Source of the DNA: Squalus acanthias
Lineage: Eukaryota
Direction of reading: 5' to 3'
Length of the DNA: 64,000 nucleotides
NCBI GenBank assembly: GCA_030390025.1
Contig: CM059425.1
Coordinates: 163,062,001-163,126,000 of the forward strand
Below are positions 25,501-37,500 of this stretch, piece after piece. A program made the translations under genes and the position numbers. Below the pieces are notes generated by a model that saw only the letters and a program-made list of their open reading frames with translations, did no database searches and was not told where the DNA came from. How positions within the stretch are numbered: the first letter of the stretch is position 1; every line of letters begins with the position of its first letter.

Positions 25501-28500
25501 TCTGCCATTATAGAATTTTTATTACAACAACCAAGATGCCACCAGCAATATCTGGTAATGACTGAAGGCAACAGGCTTCACAGGCTCCAGGACTGCAGAG
25601 ACCAGATGTAGAGCTGTGCAATCTGCTGTAAGGACGTGCAGCATAGGCACGGTTACTGATAACAATGATCAGCAGTGGCCTCTCACCTGTTTCCACCTCC
25701 TTCCAGCAATTCTGCAATGCTGACCTATGGAGATTGTACCCTGATATGGCAAACAGGGCCACTTGCCTCGCAACTCATGCAGCACCACTTCCACAGGTAT
25801 CGAACAGATGGTCAGGTGCTGGGCTGCTCCATCACTTGCCTGCAGACTCCATTTCATGCCATCACTTTAGTTTTCTATCACTTCATTTTTCCTATCCTTT
25901 CTTATGCCTCTCCCCTTTCAGCTTTGGCAAAGGATGGAACTGTAAATAATTGATAATAAGCTCACCAAGTAAAACTACATGCAGTCAACACACTAAGCTA
26001 CAGGTGAGCTTAGCACTCGTTTCTAGCCATTCATGACTAAACTGTAACATTTAGACAACCGAGTCTGTACGGCTGGCTTTCTGATATACCTAATTTTGCT
26101 CAAATTCCTTGTGTCCTTAAAATGAATTAATTTTTGTAAATCACCCTGTTCTTTACATAAATCTTATTTCAATTTTTTAGGATTCAAATTTTGCATTTTT
26201 TAAGTTATCATTAATGATTTTGGAAAACTCTACATCATCATGCATCTCTGCAGTCTTTCACTGAATGTACACTACTACGCCCTGCCAGAACTAATAATTA
26301 AATACTTGAAAGATAAACTAAGTTAAATACATTAGCAATACAGGCCTGGGCCAATGTTTTACTCAAAAAACCCCACTGTATTACAGCTGTCGTAACTCAT
26401 TCAAGCCTGAAATGATTAGGATTTATATGGTCAGTCTCACTGGACTTTTATTTTAAGCCACTGATTGATTTATACCTTCTATAAATTCTTCCAAAATGGA
26501 TCATAAGGAAAACTTTAACTTTCTATTAATGCCACTTATGATGTGTGCCAAATACAAATGCAATTCTGAATGATTAGAAGTAATAAATGTAAATTAAACC
26601 AAATGTTTCAAATGTCAAGCTGCAAGGGCAAATTTGGAATAGTTCTGAACACCATTTGAATTCCGATTAAATTGCAGCCTTTTAATTACATTGTATCCTA
26701 ACATTAAAATTTCAAAATAGAAAGCAATGCTGAGAGTTAAAAGTAGTGTTGAAGTTAAGACGACAGGATCTACTGTAATATCACTACAAAATAGTCAAAA
26801 CTGCACACGGGGGTATATATGGTAATTTTGTTGTTGGGATATACGTTACAGGGCGATAAAGATCATACAATCTTATTTCAAATTATATCACTTTTTAAGG
26901 GCAAAAATTACAGAATTCTAGTCTGTATATTAAAGTATGGGTTTTACACTCATTTTCCTTACCTATGAACAGCTTTGGCTGCCTGTCTCTGTACAGCTAA
27001 GCTGTTACCTTGCAAAGAAAACATCCCTGAAGAAAGAAGGCAGGTTTCATAAGTTGAATTGATTTTATCCCAATGTTTGAACAGTTCATTAAGTGCTGCT
27101 GTAGTGAGGGTGGTATCTTTCTTCGACAGGCCCAAAGCACACAAAGCCTGCAGGCTTTCTATACTGGGCTCCTTCAGCATCGAGCTGTTAAAATAAAATA
27201 AAACCAGAACAAAATTAACTTTGTAGTTTATGCTATTCTAAGATGCCAGCATTTAGGACTGGTACTCTTTCAACATTGACTTAGCTAATACAACTAAAAT
27301 TATTAAATACATTAAAAGAGAGAAAGGAGGGAGGAAGAAGAATTTATTTAGTGCCTTATATCTCTCAAACTTTATATACAATGAATTATTTTTCAAGTGC
27401 AGTCACTAATAATGTAAGCAAATCTTACAGCCATTTGTATACAAAACACAGGCCCACAAACAGCAATGAGATGGAATAAGCAATGAGTCTGTTTTTGGTG
27501 GTGTTGGTAGTTACTCAGACTGGCAAAAGGTGGGAAGTGGTGTTCAAGGATCGGTGCTGGGACCACTGCTGTTCACCATTTACATAAACTATTTGGGCTC
27601 GGGAATCAGAAGTACAATTTCATAATTTGCGGATGACACCAAATTGGGGGGTATAGTTAATGCTGAGGATGGCTGCAACAAAATACAAGAATACATTAAT
27701 AAATTTGCAGAATGGGCATGTAATTGACAAAATTAATTTCAATATATGAGGTAGTGTATTTTGGTAGGAAGAATAAGGAGGCCACATACTCCTTGGAAAA
27801 GAAGTCTAAATAGGGTAGAGGAGGAAAGGGATCTAGGGGTACAGATACAAATCACTAAAAGTAGCGATGCAGGTTAATAGAGCCATTAAAAAAAAAAGCA
27901 AACTTGTATAGACCACACAGTAGTGTGCACAGTTCTGGTCTCCATATTATAAAAAGGATATAGAGGCACTGGAGAAGCTGCAAAAAAGATTTACAAGGAT
28001 GATACCAAAACTGAGGTTATACCCAACAGAAAAGATTGAACAGGCTCGGGCTCTTTTCTCTAGAAAAGAGAAGGCTGAGGGGTGACCTGATAGAGGTCTT
28101 TAAAATTATGAAAGGGTTTGATAGGGTAGATGTAGAGAAGATGTTTACACTTGTGGGGCAGACCAAAACTAGGGGTCATAAATATAAGATAGTCACTAAT
28201 AAATTTAATAGGGAATTCAGGAGAAACTTCTATACCCAGAGAGTAGTTAGAATGTGGAACTCGCTACCACAAGGAGTAGTTGAGGCGAAAAGCATAGGTG
28301 CATTTAAGGGGAAGTGAGATATACACATGAAGGAGAAAGGAACAGAAGGTTATGCGATGGGGTTAGATGAAGAGGTGTGGGAGGAAGCTAATATGGAGCA
28401 TAAACACCGGTATGGACCAGTTGGGCAGAATAGCCTGTGTCTGTGTTGTACATTCTATTTAATTCTATGGTTGTGGGGGAATATTGGCCAAGGGAGTGGA

Positions 28501-31500
28501 ATAATTCCCTAGTTTTTGAACAGTGCCAAAGGATCTTTAGCATCAACTTGAACCAGTTGAACAGGCAGGAAAGAACATTAGGGTAAATTTTAACCCCAAA
28601 AAACAGGTGGGTTGGGGTCGGGTGGGAATTTAAATTGTTAAAAATCTGAATCCCGACCAGAACCCGCTCACTTCCAGTTTTAACAGAAGTGGGGGTTGGG
28701 CAGCCAACCCGCTCCCAGGAGGCGGGTTGTCCATTTAAATATTATAATGAAGCTGGCGTGCCTCAGATTTAACTAGCATTTTAAATTTAACTGAGGCTGG
28801 TCAGGTTTCGCAGGCCTTGGGAAACCCGACAGTTAATGGAAGGCGAGGCCTGCTGGATCCAGGAGGCAAGTGCCTTTACACTTACCTCCTGGATCCAGCA
28901 TCCCTGTCACACCCACCCCCGCGATCGGAGGCCCCGCCCCCACCCCCCGCCCCTACCCCCTCCTCTTGCCCCTACTCCTGCTCCCCCCACCCCTACCCAC
29001 CCCCCCACCCACCCCCTGTCCCCCCACCCCTACCCCCCCCACCCACCCCCTGTCCCCCCACCCCTACTCCTGCCCCCCCCACCCACCCCTGCCCCCCCCA
29101 CCCACCCCTACCCCACCCCCACCCACCCCTACCCCACCCCCACCCACCCCTACCCCACCCCCACCCCCCACCACTACCCACCCCTACCCCTACCCACCCC
29201 CTACCCCTGCCCCCCCCACACCACCCCTCCCCCTACCCACCCCCCCACCCCCACCTCCTGCCCCCCCACCCTCTCTCCTCTTTTCATGTGCTTTAAAAAG
29301 TGTACAGGAAAATCAAAAATCTACAGGAAAATACTGCAATAGAGCAGAAAAGCCTGATCTTGATCTGGAATACTGCATACTGTGAGGAGGCACTGAGACA
29401 CTGGTAGGTTAGATTTTTAAAATTTAGCCAAGAAACCAAAATTCCACCTGAACTCCAGTAGTGAGGCAATCTGCAAAGTATTATTTCACTTAGTGGACTT
29501 CTCTTTGTGTGCGCAAAAATTATAACTCCTTTACGTCTAATGCCTCATACCATGCGTGCGACAGTGCACATTTACACCTCGAGTAGAGGTACTTTCATAG
29601 CTTTTACAGACATTCAAATTTTGCATATTAGGTACAATATAATTCAAATTCCTCTAATTACCAATATCTACAAACTATAACAGAACTAGAAATATACAAA
29701 CATCTCAAAATTGAAATGGCAATGCAACATGAATTATGTTTCCTAGATATTCACCACTTGAAAAGTAAAGTCTTGGCATTGTCCATTCTGCTCTCTTTGA
29801 ACTCGATCATTGCAAGTGCAATCAGTATATGAGCCTTCTCTTTCTCCGTGCGAGCAACAGTTAAAGCCTTTTCATAAACTGGCAAAACATAAATGAGCCG
29901 AAATGTATGTAATCTTTCAGTAAATTAACTCCACTCACCAAAAAGATTTTCAATAATACATATACACCTTAACTTATAAATATATCTCAATACAGTAAAA
30001 AAAAAGTACACAAACAAAATGCATAATAGGAATAATTGCAGTTACTTGGTTAAATTTTTTTAAGACAACAATAGGATTGCAGTAGGCAAGAATTCATTGA
30101 TCAAAATTATTGAAATAAATTGAAAATGTTACTATCTATATCTATATTTATATATATCTATCCTTACCATGCTGAAATGCCTAAACCGGATTCTTCAAAA
30201 AAGTGCAGTGACTTGTCACATAAGCAACCACTGTTGTAACTAAACTGAATCCGTTAATCAATTAAGAACCCCCCACCCACCTTGGAGATTGTAATTTTGT
30301 TTATAAACTGTTACATACATTTTTCATAGCTTATTTCTATGTATATAATAAATCTGGTTAAACCGAGATGCAAACCTATACATTTGAACTAATGAATACC
30401 ATACAACGTATTACACAAAAATGTCAAGCTGACAGACTCTCTGTGTACTCAGTTTCTGTGAACTCCATCTTTACCTTTGGCACTCTCCTGAAGAAGCCCT
30501 TTCTTCAAGTAAGCCAGAGCAAGACCAGTGATGTCATCAAACTCCACAAGCTGGTTCAACATGTAAGCCTGGATGGCCTCTTGATATTGACCTGCAGCAC
30601 TGAAGAGTAAAAGGGTGACTTTGATGTAGCAGCAAGGTCATCTTCAAACTGCATGTGTTCCAACCCACAAGGTAAATACATTGAGCAATGATCAATGCTC
30701 TTCAGGACAGTCACACTACAGCTGTCAGGAATCTGACCTTTAGCTAATCCACCAACATAAAAGCACCAAACATAACATTTGCCAAAAAATTATTTTAAAA
30801 AACAGAAAGCATTGGGATATGATTTAATCTAGCATATTAATCAACAGAACCAGAGATTTGTTAACTAGGCTAGAGATTTCACCATATTAAGTACATGTCA
30901 ATGTTAAAACTTAAACCCTGACTAACTTCCTTCCTGGTTCTCCTCATTCCCATGTGAAGATAGATTGTTTTCTGTCACATAAAAAATGCCTTAGAAATAG
31001 ATTCATGCTACCAAATGCAACATCAATGTAGTGTATTCCAAGAAGGAAATATTTTTCAAATTGCTAAAAGAGAAGCTTTCATCTGAAGAATGTAAAGAAT
31101 TAGTTGTGGATCACAAAGTTCATATATTGCCCTTCTTATGTTATTTTTATAGGATTGATTACTTGGATATTGCTTCTAAATCTACAAAGATTACAAAATT
31201 GCCACATCTCAAGACGAAGAATATTTTTAATAATCAAATTATATTTTTGGTCATAATTTAGAAAATTCTACTAGGAAAATAGATTATTTTTAAAACTAGT
31301 ACACTGAATTCATACCAAGTTTATAGTTATAATTTCCCACTTTTCTTGTATTGATTACTACCTGCTCTGCTAAACCAGGCTCAGTATTGGAACGTATAGT
31401 GTGAATATTCGAGTCTGCTAGGGTATTTTATAACTTCCATTGTGCATTTATTGCAGCAGTAAGCAAGCAGATGCAAACTTTGCAACAGAAACATGGCAAA

Positions 31501-34500
31501 AGGCTGTGGAACTGCCATTAGTGTTAAATAGAAATACAGCTGTAGTTTGTCACTGCCACCACTTTGCCAGCATCTACAAACTAGGCAAAGCTTCAATTTA
31601 CTGTTCTGTCACCACTGACAGATACCCAAATAGGTGACTGAAGTAAGAATATGTTGGTTTTGGTGTAACAGCTGGAATCCACTCAACACCCCACCCTGAT
31701 GCATGTCAAGATGTTACAAAGTGCATTGAAATCATTTTACTTCTTCCTACAAGTCTGACCCCTCAGGCTGGTAAGCTGTTTTGAATATGTGCACAGTTGG
31801 GTAAAATGGCTAACACTTCAGTAACTTTCAATTCCACTGAAACGTGAAGAGCCAATGTGCATGCCTAAGCATGTACACAAGATGCAATGTGGAAATGTCT
31901 AACACAAAGTTACTTGATTCAAACATGTGCACTCTCGTTCGTATGAGATGTGCCAGAACAAATGGAATAAATGGGAAGAGAGCATATGCCTTTACAGGGC
32001 TCAGTTTTCAGGAAGATGGGATTTGATATCTGGAAATAAGCAGAGATTGAGCAATCGGGCACCATTTTTCAAGCACATGTAGTCCTTTTTAAAAAAAGGC
32101 AATACTGAATGTTCATAAGAGTTTTGCCTCTAAATCTTTACATTCAGGTTTCCAAAGCAGATCTTCTTCTGAACTGTGATAGAAGCTGGAGCACCAAATG
32201 GAAGGGCAGGGTATAGTCTAATAAACTGTTATACAGGAAACTCTTTATTAACTGGCACCGACGGGACCGGCATGGTGCCGGTTAATCAAAAAGTCCGGAT
32301 AACGGAGAGTTATATCTCCCAACGTACGAGAGCCCCGTACACATTGACATGCGCCTGCATTCGTAGCTCCGTCTCCCCGGGGACCGCCAGCTGACCATCT
32401 GTCGTGTCCGCTGCCTACCCGGGCTGCACATTCCCCTCCCAATCTACACGCTCCGATACAAGGCAAACGCCTCGGGTTTTTTTTTAAAAAGTTAATTTTA
32501 AACGAGAGATGAAGGAAAACCCCGGTTACCTACTCAAGAATTTTGCCGGTTAAGAGAGATTTCCGGATATTTGGGTGCCGGTTAATAAAGAGTTTCCTGT
32601 ATATAGAATGGAGCAACACTATTTTTAAAGATTAAGCCACATAAACATTCAATAATAACCTTAGCTAATCATGCAACTAACCAGAACGTCCCAATATAAA
32701 TCTGTAATTGAAATCGTAACAGGGCATATTCATGCACTTGAGGAACAAAGGATTTCTTTGATCTACAGATGCAGATACAGAGAACAGTGCACAGAAAATC
32801 TAGAAGCCTGGGATATCCTTTAGTACTCTTAGTGATAAGAAAACAAATGAGCCAAATAGATAAGGATTAATTTTCATGCCATTAGTAAGAGACCACCAAA
32901 TTAGAAAATATTCCAAAGCTTTGTTAATTGCAGCCCAAGAATCTGTATTGAATGTTCCTCGCAGTAGGAGTAACAACCCCCTATTTTTATACACTAATTT
33001 AGTAATACCTAACTAGAAAGGAAGTGTTTGTGTTTCTGTACATTTTATACATATAAAAATATACACACACATCTCAGAAGAGACTTCAAAACACCAATTC
33101 AGTACTCAGTCTGACGAGAATTTTTTTCATATTAGATTTAGAGAATTTTTGAAGGTAAAGGTAATGCCAGAAAAGGAAGATTAACTAGATGCAGCCCACT
33201 TTCATAAAATAAACTGAACATTTTATGTGCTTGTCTAAAAAATTCTGATTTGGACATTAGATTCTAAATATATTTTAATAACATTTAATGAAGGCTGTCA
33301 TTAGAATGGCTGTCATTAGAATGGTCTTCAATGACAGAAATAAAATTGTGAGATGACTGTCTAAACACACTTTATTCAGCATACACATAAGCCATTTATA
33401 ACTTACCATAAAGCTCGAGCCCAATTTCTGCGAGCGTACTTAAGTTTTTCTTCGTCTTCAGTATTCTGTAGTAACACAACAGCTCTGAAAATGAAAATAA
33501 CAAATATTTGTCTTAACAAAAAACAGTTTTCCAAAGCAAAAATATTACATAGAATTTACAGCACAGAAACAGGCCATTTGGCCCAACTGGTCGATGCCAG
33601 TGTTTATGCTCCACACGAGCCTCCTCTTAGCTAATTCAATTAAATTTGTTGGTTATTAATTTCCATCATCAAATGTGTCTTGGAGCCACCTCAAACTCTC
33701 CTGCCAAGACAAACTCACCAGTTGGCCATTAAACAACTGATTAGCATGGGTTTGAGCCTTTTTTGTCGATATCAGGTTTTCATGAGTGGTCTGGCAAGCA
33801 ACACAGCTCACCATAAAATATATGTGCACTGTAATATTTTCTCAATATTGTTTTTTTGGAGGGTTGAGAAAGAAGAGAGACTATTCAAGGCTGATGTTGA
33901 AACTTAATGGAAAGGAACTTGCCAGCCATGGTAACAAGTTTGCCAATTTGAGGTTTAGTTTAAGTAAAACACTAGTCTATTCCATAAGTGGACTTTGAGT
34001 GAATTTACATTTCTATACAGTTCATTACACACAAAGACATGTCAGAGCACTTGTGAAGTTAAGTTATTCACAGCTAGTAACTTATTCAGTTATCATGCCC
34101 GTTGCTTCATCTATTCTGCTTTTGCACAGAATTCTTCTGCAAGTCCATTTTACAAAATATTCATGTTAAAAATGTACTATCTTTTCCCCAGTGATTAAAT
34201 TTAGGTTCCGCAGCCTCTGTTGTGAATTCAAGCTCTTGGGTTCAGTGGTGTCAATTGATCCCATGTCACATACCCGCTAATGATGTGGAGATGCCGGTGT
34301 TGGACTGGGGTGGACAAAAGTGAGAAGTCGCACAACGCCAGGTTATAGTCCAACAGATTTATTTGAAATCACAAGCTTTCGGAGCGCTGCTCCTTCGTCA
34401 GGTGAAGTCACCTGACGAAGGAGCAGCGCTCCGAAAGCTTGTGATTTCAAATAAATCTGTTGGACTATAATCTGGCGTTGTGCGACTTCTCACATACCTG

Positions 34501-37500
34501 CTGAAGTAGACTCACACTGCCTACTTATATGATAAAGTAACCCAGGGCTGTAATGACGGCAACCCCTTGTAACCTAAACCAGATATTAATTTCTTTTGCA
34601 CATTCCACCACACGCCTCACCAATCATTTTGGAGGCGGACCCGAGAAAACACCTGGTAAGACGAGATCATACACTAATCGATAAGCTGCTTTATTTCATA
34701 GCAAGTAAACGTACAGAGCAACAGCTACGATCAGACTCAATTCAATCAGTACAACTTGCCTTTTCATAATAATACAAAATAATTAACACTCTACACTTCT
34801 CTACGTCAGTGGGTCACCTTAGTTAACTTAAACAAAATAACTGCTAACTAACTTCCTGCATGCTAAACTTCTGAACCTGCTGCAAGCATGCCCTTGCAGC
34901 TTTCTGTTTAAAGACCTAATTCATGCCTGTGTCTCTGTCGTTAACTTTTATCTTGCTGCGTCCACAAGCAGAGGAGAGGGCGTTTACAGACAACCCCTGC
35001 CAAGCACCTGGGACCAGGCACCTCCCGACAATGGCTGCGAGGTGTTTTTTTGATTCCCAGGATAGGCTTATGACTTGCTCATTATTTACAGTCTATGGGG
35101 AAACAACTTCAAAGCAACTCGGTAGCATTTAAACACGTTTGTCTCAGGTCCTTCTTTCTTTTAAACTTGTGCGGATATATTTTGCTTTAAAACACAATCC
35201 TTACCTGTGATATGCCTCTCCTGCTTGTTTTTTGAGGTTCAGATACTCATTTAAGTAACCCAACATTGTGAAAGCTGTTGCATCAGTCTGAATTCTCTCT
35301 GTTCAAACAACAAATTAAAACAACTTTCTGTTATCCTGTTCAAACAAAACAAACTATACACAACTATCCATTATATTATCCCTCGAGAATGTATGTTCAT
35401 TTGTGAACAAGGCCCTTTTCATCCACAACTTTATTGTAGATGAATGCATTATCATAACTTTGACTGAAAATTGGCTCATGGATGTTGACACCTTGGGCTA
35501 AAATTTCGACAGCGCTAAAAACCTGCCATGCCACTGTGGGCTGGTGTTAACGGCCATTGAAAATGGTGGCGCTGGCAGTACTGGTAAATTGATGCTGGGG
35601 ACTAATTAACATTAGCCCAGCGCCAAACTCACTCTGCAATGCATTTCTGGTGGCATTCGTCGCTCCAGGAGGCCCCAAGGTAGCGTGACCGTAGCGTTAT
35701 TGCAGCTAGAACAGCCTGCTTTGAAAGCAAGGCTGTCATTTCAGAAAACAGTTCGGTCTCTTAAAGGGGAACTGCCTGCTGAAATGAACAAAATAAAATC
35801 ATGCAAAAATAGTCAGTTTTTAGCCCTTACAACTCAACTGCCTTCTGGAAAAAAAAATCAAAAAGAATTCCCAAATGTGAGTCTTCAGCTCTTAAAGCTG
35901 AATTCCCTTATGCACCTAATAAAAAAAGGGAACAGTGCTTCAGCACCAACACAAATGGCTCAGCAAGCCAGGGAAGGGGCACCCAGGGTCTCACAAGCAG
36001 CACTCCAGCTTTGTGCAGGGGGTCAACACTGCAAGAGAGGTTCGCTACCCACAGGGGCCAGGAGGCCCCCCAGAAAGAACGATGTGGGACCAGATCACAG
36101 AGGCCGTCACTGCCAGCAGTGTCGCCCCCACGACCTGGCTCCAGTGCCCAAAGAAGCTTCATGACCTCAGACCAGTGGTGAAGCTCAGTGAATGCATCTT
36201 CAAGAATCGTCTTCTACCAACTGCACCACCAGCCTCACACACTTCTCAATCTATGACCCCTCCCCCCAATCACTCACCAACCAACAATCTGTACCAAAAA
36301 CGAGGCACAGTTCCTATTCCTAGCTTCAACTCACCCCATTGGAGGAGACGGTGCTGGCCATTCTTGGCAGGAGCATGGCTGAGCCCTAAGCCAGTGGCGG
36401 GGCTAAAAGGATACAAGATGCTGGTATCGTCATATATTATCCTCCTTCTCGGATACACCTCTTGATTCCTTCCCTCCCCTCATCACAACTCCACCCTTGT
36501 GCCTTCCTCATTTCACACACCCAAGAAATGCAGCCTGCCTAGCCATTGGTTGATCAAGGAGGAGAGGAGAGTGAACAAGAAGAAACACCATCACTTGATT
36601 TCACAATCCCAGCCACCAGCTCCTCAAGGTCAAACAGCAAAGCCATCTGCAGTATCCCCCACTGAAAGTCAGCAGCTTTCAACCAGCCATTCTGCAGCCA
36701 CTGGGGTAGCACGGCATGACATCAGGATAGGCAAAGGCACACACAAGACTAAGGGAATGCAGAAGGATGATGAGTTGATTTCTTGATGTCAAATTGGATG
36801 GATAGATGTATAAAGTTGGATTGGAAAGTTTGCTTTGTGGTGGCTCTTACTTCAGCATTGTGGCCAAGAGGACGCTGTGATGGTCAGGAACAGAGGGAAG
36901 GTAAGGTGTGGGACTAGTCAGAGGCACAGAAGGAGGCCATTCGGCCCATCAAGTCCATGCCGGCTCTCTGTAGAGCAATCCAGTCAGTCCCACTCCCCCG
37001 CTCTATCCCCGTAGCCCTGCAAGTTTATTTCCCTCAAGTGCCTATCCAGTCCCCCCCTTGAAAACATTGAGTGTCTCCACTTCCACCACTTCCGTCGGCA
37101 ACGAATTCCAGGTCATCGCCACTCGCTGCGTAAAAAAGTTTTTCCTCACTTCCCCCCTGTATCTCTTGCCCAAAACCTTAAATCTGTGTCCCCTAGTCCT
37201 TGTACCATCAATTAGTGGGAACAGCCTTTCCCTGTCTAGCCTATCCAAACCCGTCATAATCTTGTACACCTCTATCAAATCACCCCTCAACCACCTTTGC
37301 TCTAATGAAAACAAATCCAGCTTCTCCAACCTGGCCTTGTAGCGAAGATCCCCCATCCCCGGAACCATTCTGGTAAATCTCCTCTGCACCCTCTCATGTG
37401 CCTTCACATCCTTCCTAAAGTGTGGTGACCAGAACTGGACGCAATACTCCAGTTGTGGCCTAACCAGCGCTTTATAAAGGTTCCCATTGAAGTTAGCTCT

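Noticed and set aside
24370..25950. Possible L1 ORF1 (-) and endonuclease (+) remnants ([16 protein letters not shown])
   Set aside because: Similarity is too weak to delimit without a profile search.
28817..29385. Proline/histidine-rich ORFs of 159-171 aa in three frames
   Set aside because: By-product of a C-rich low-complexity repeat that lacks stop codons; no splice or homology support.
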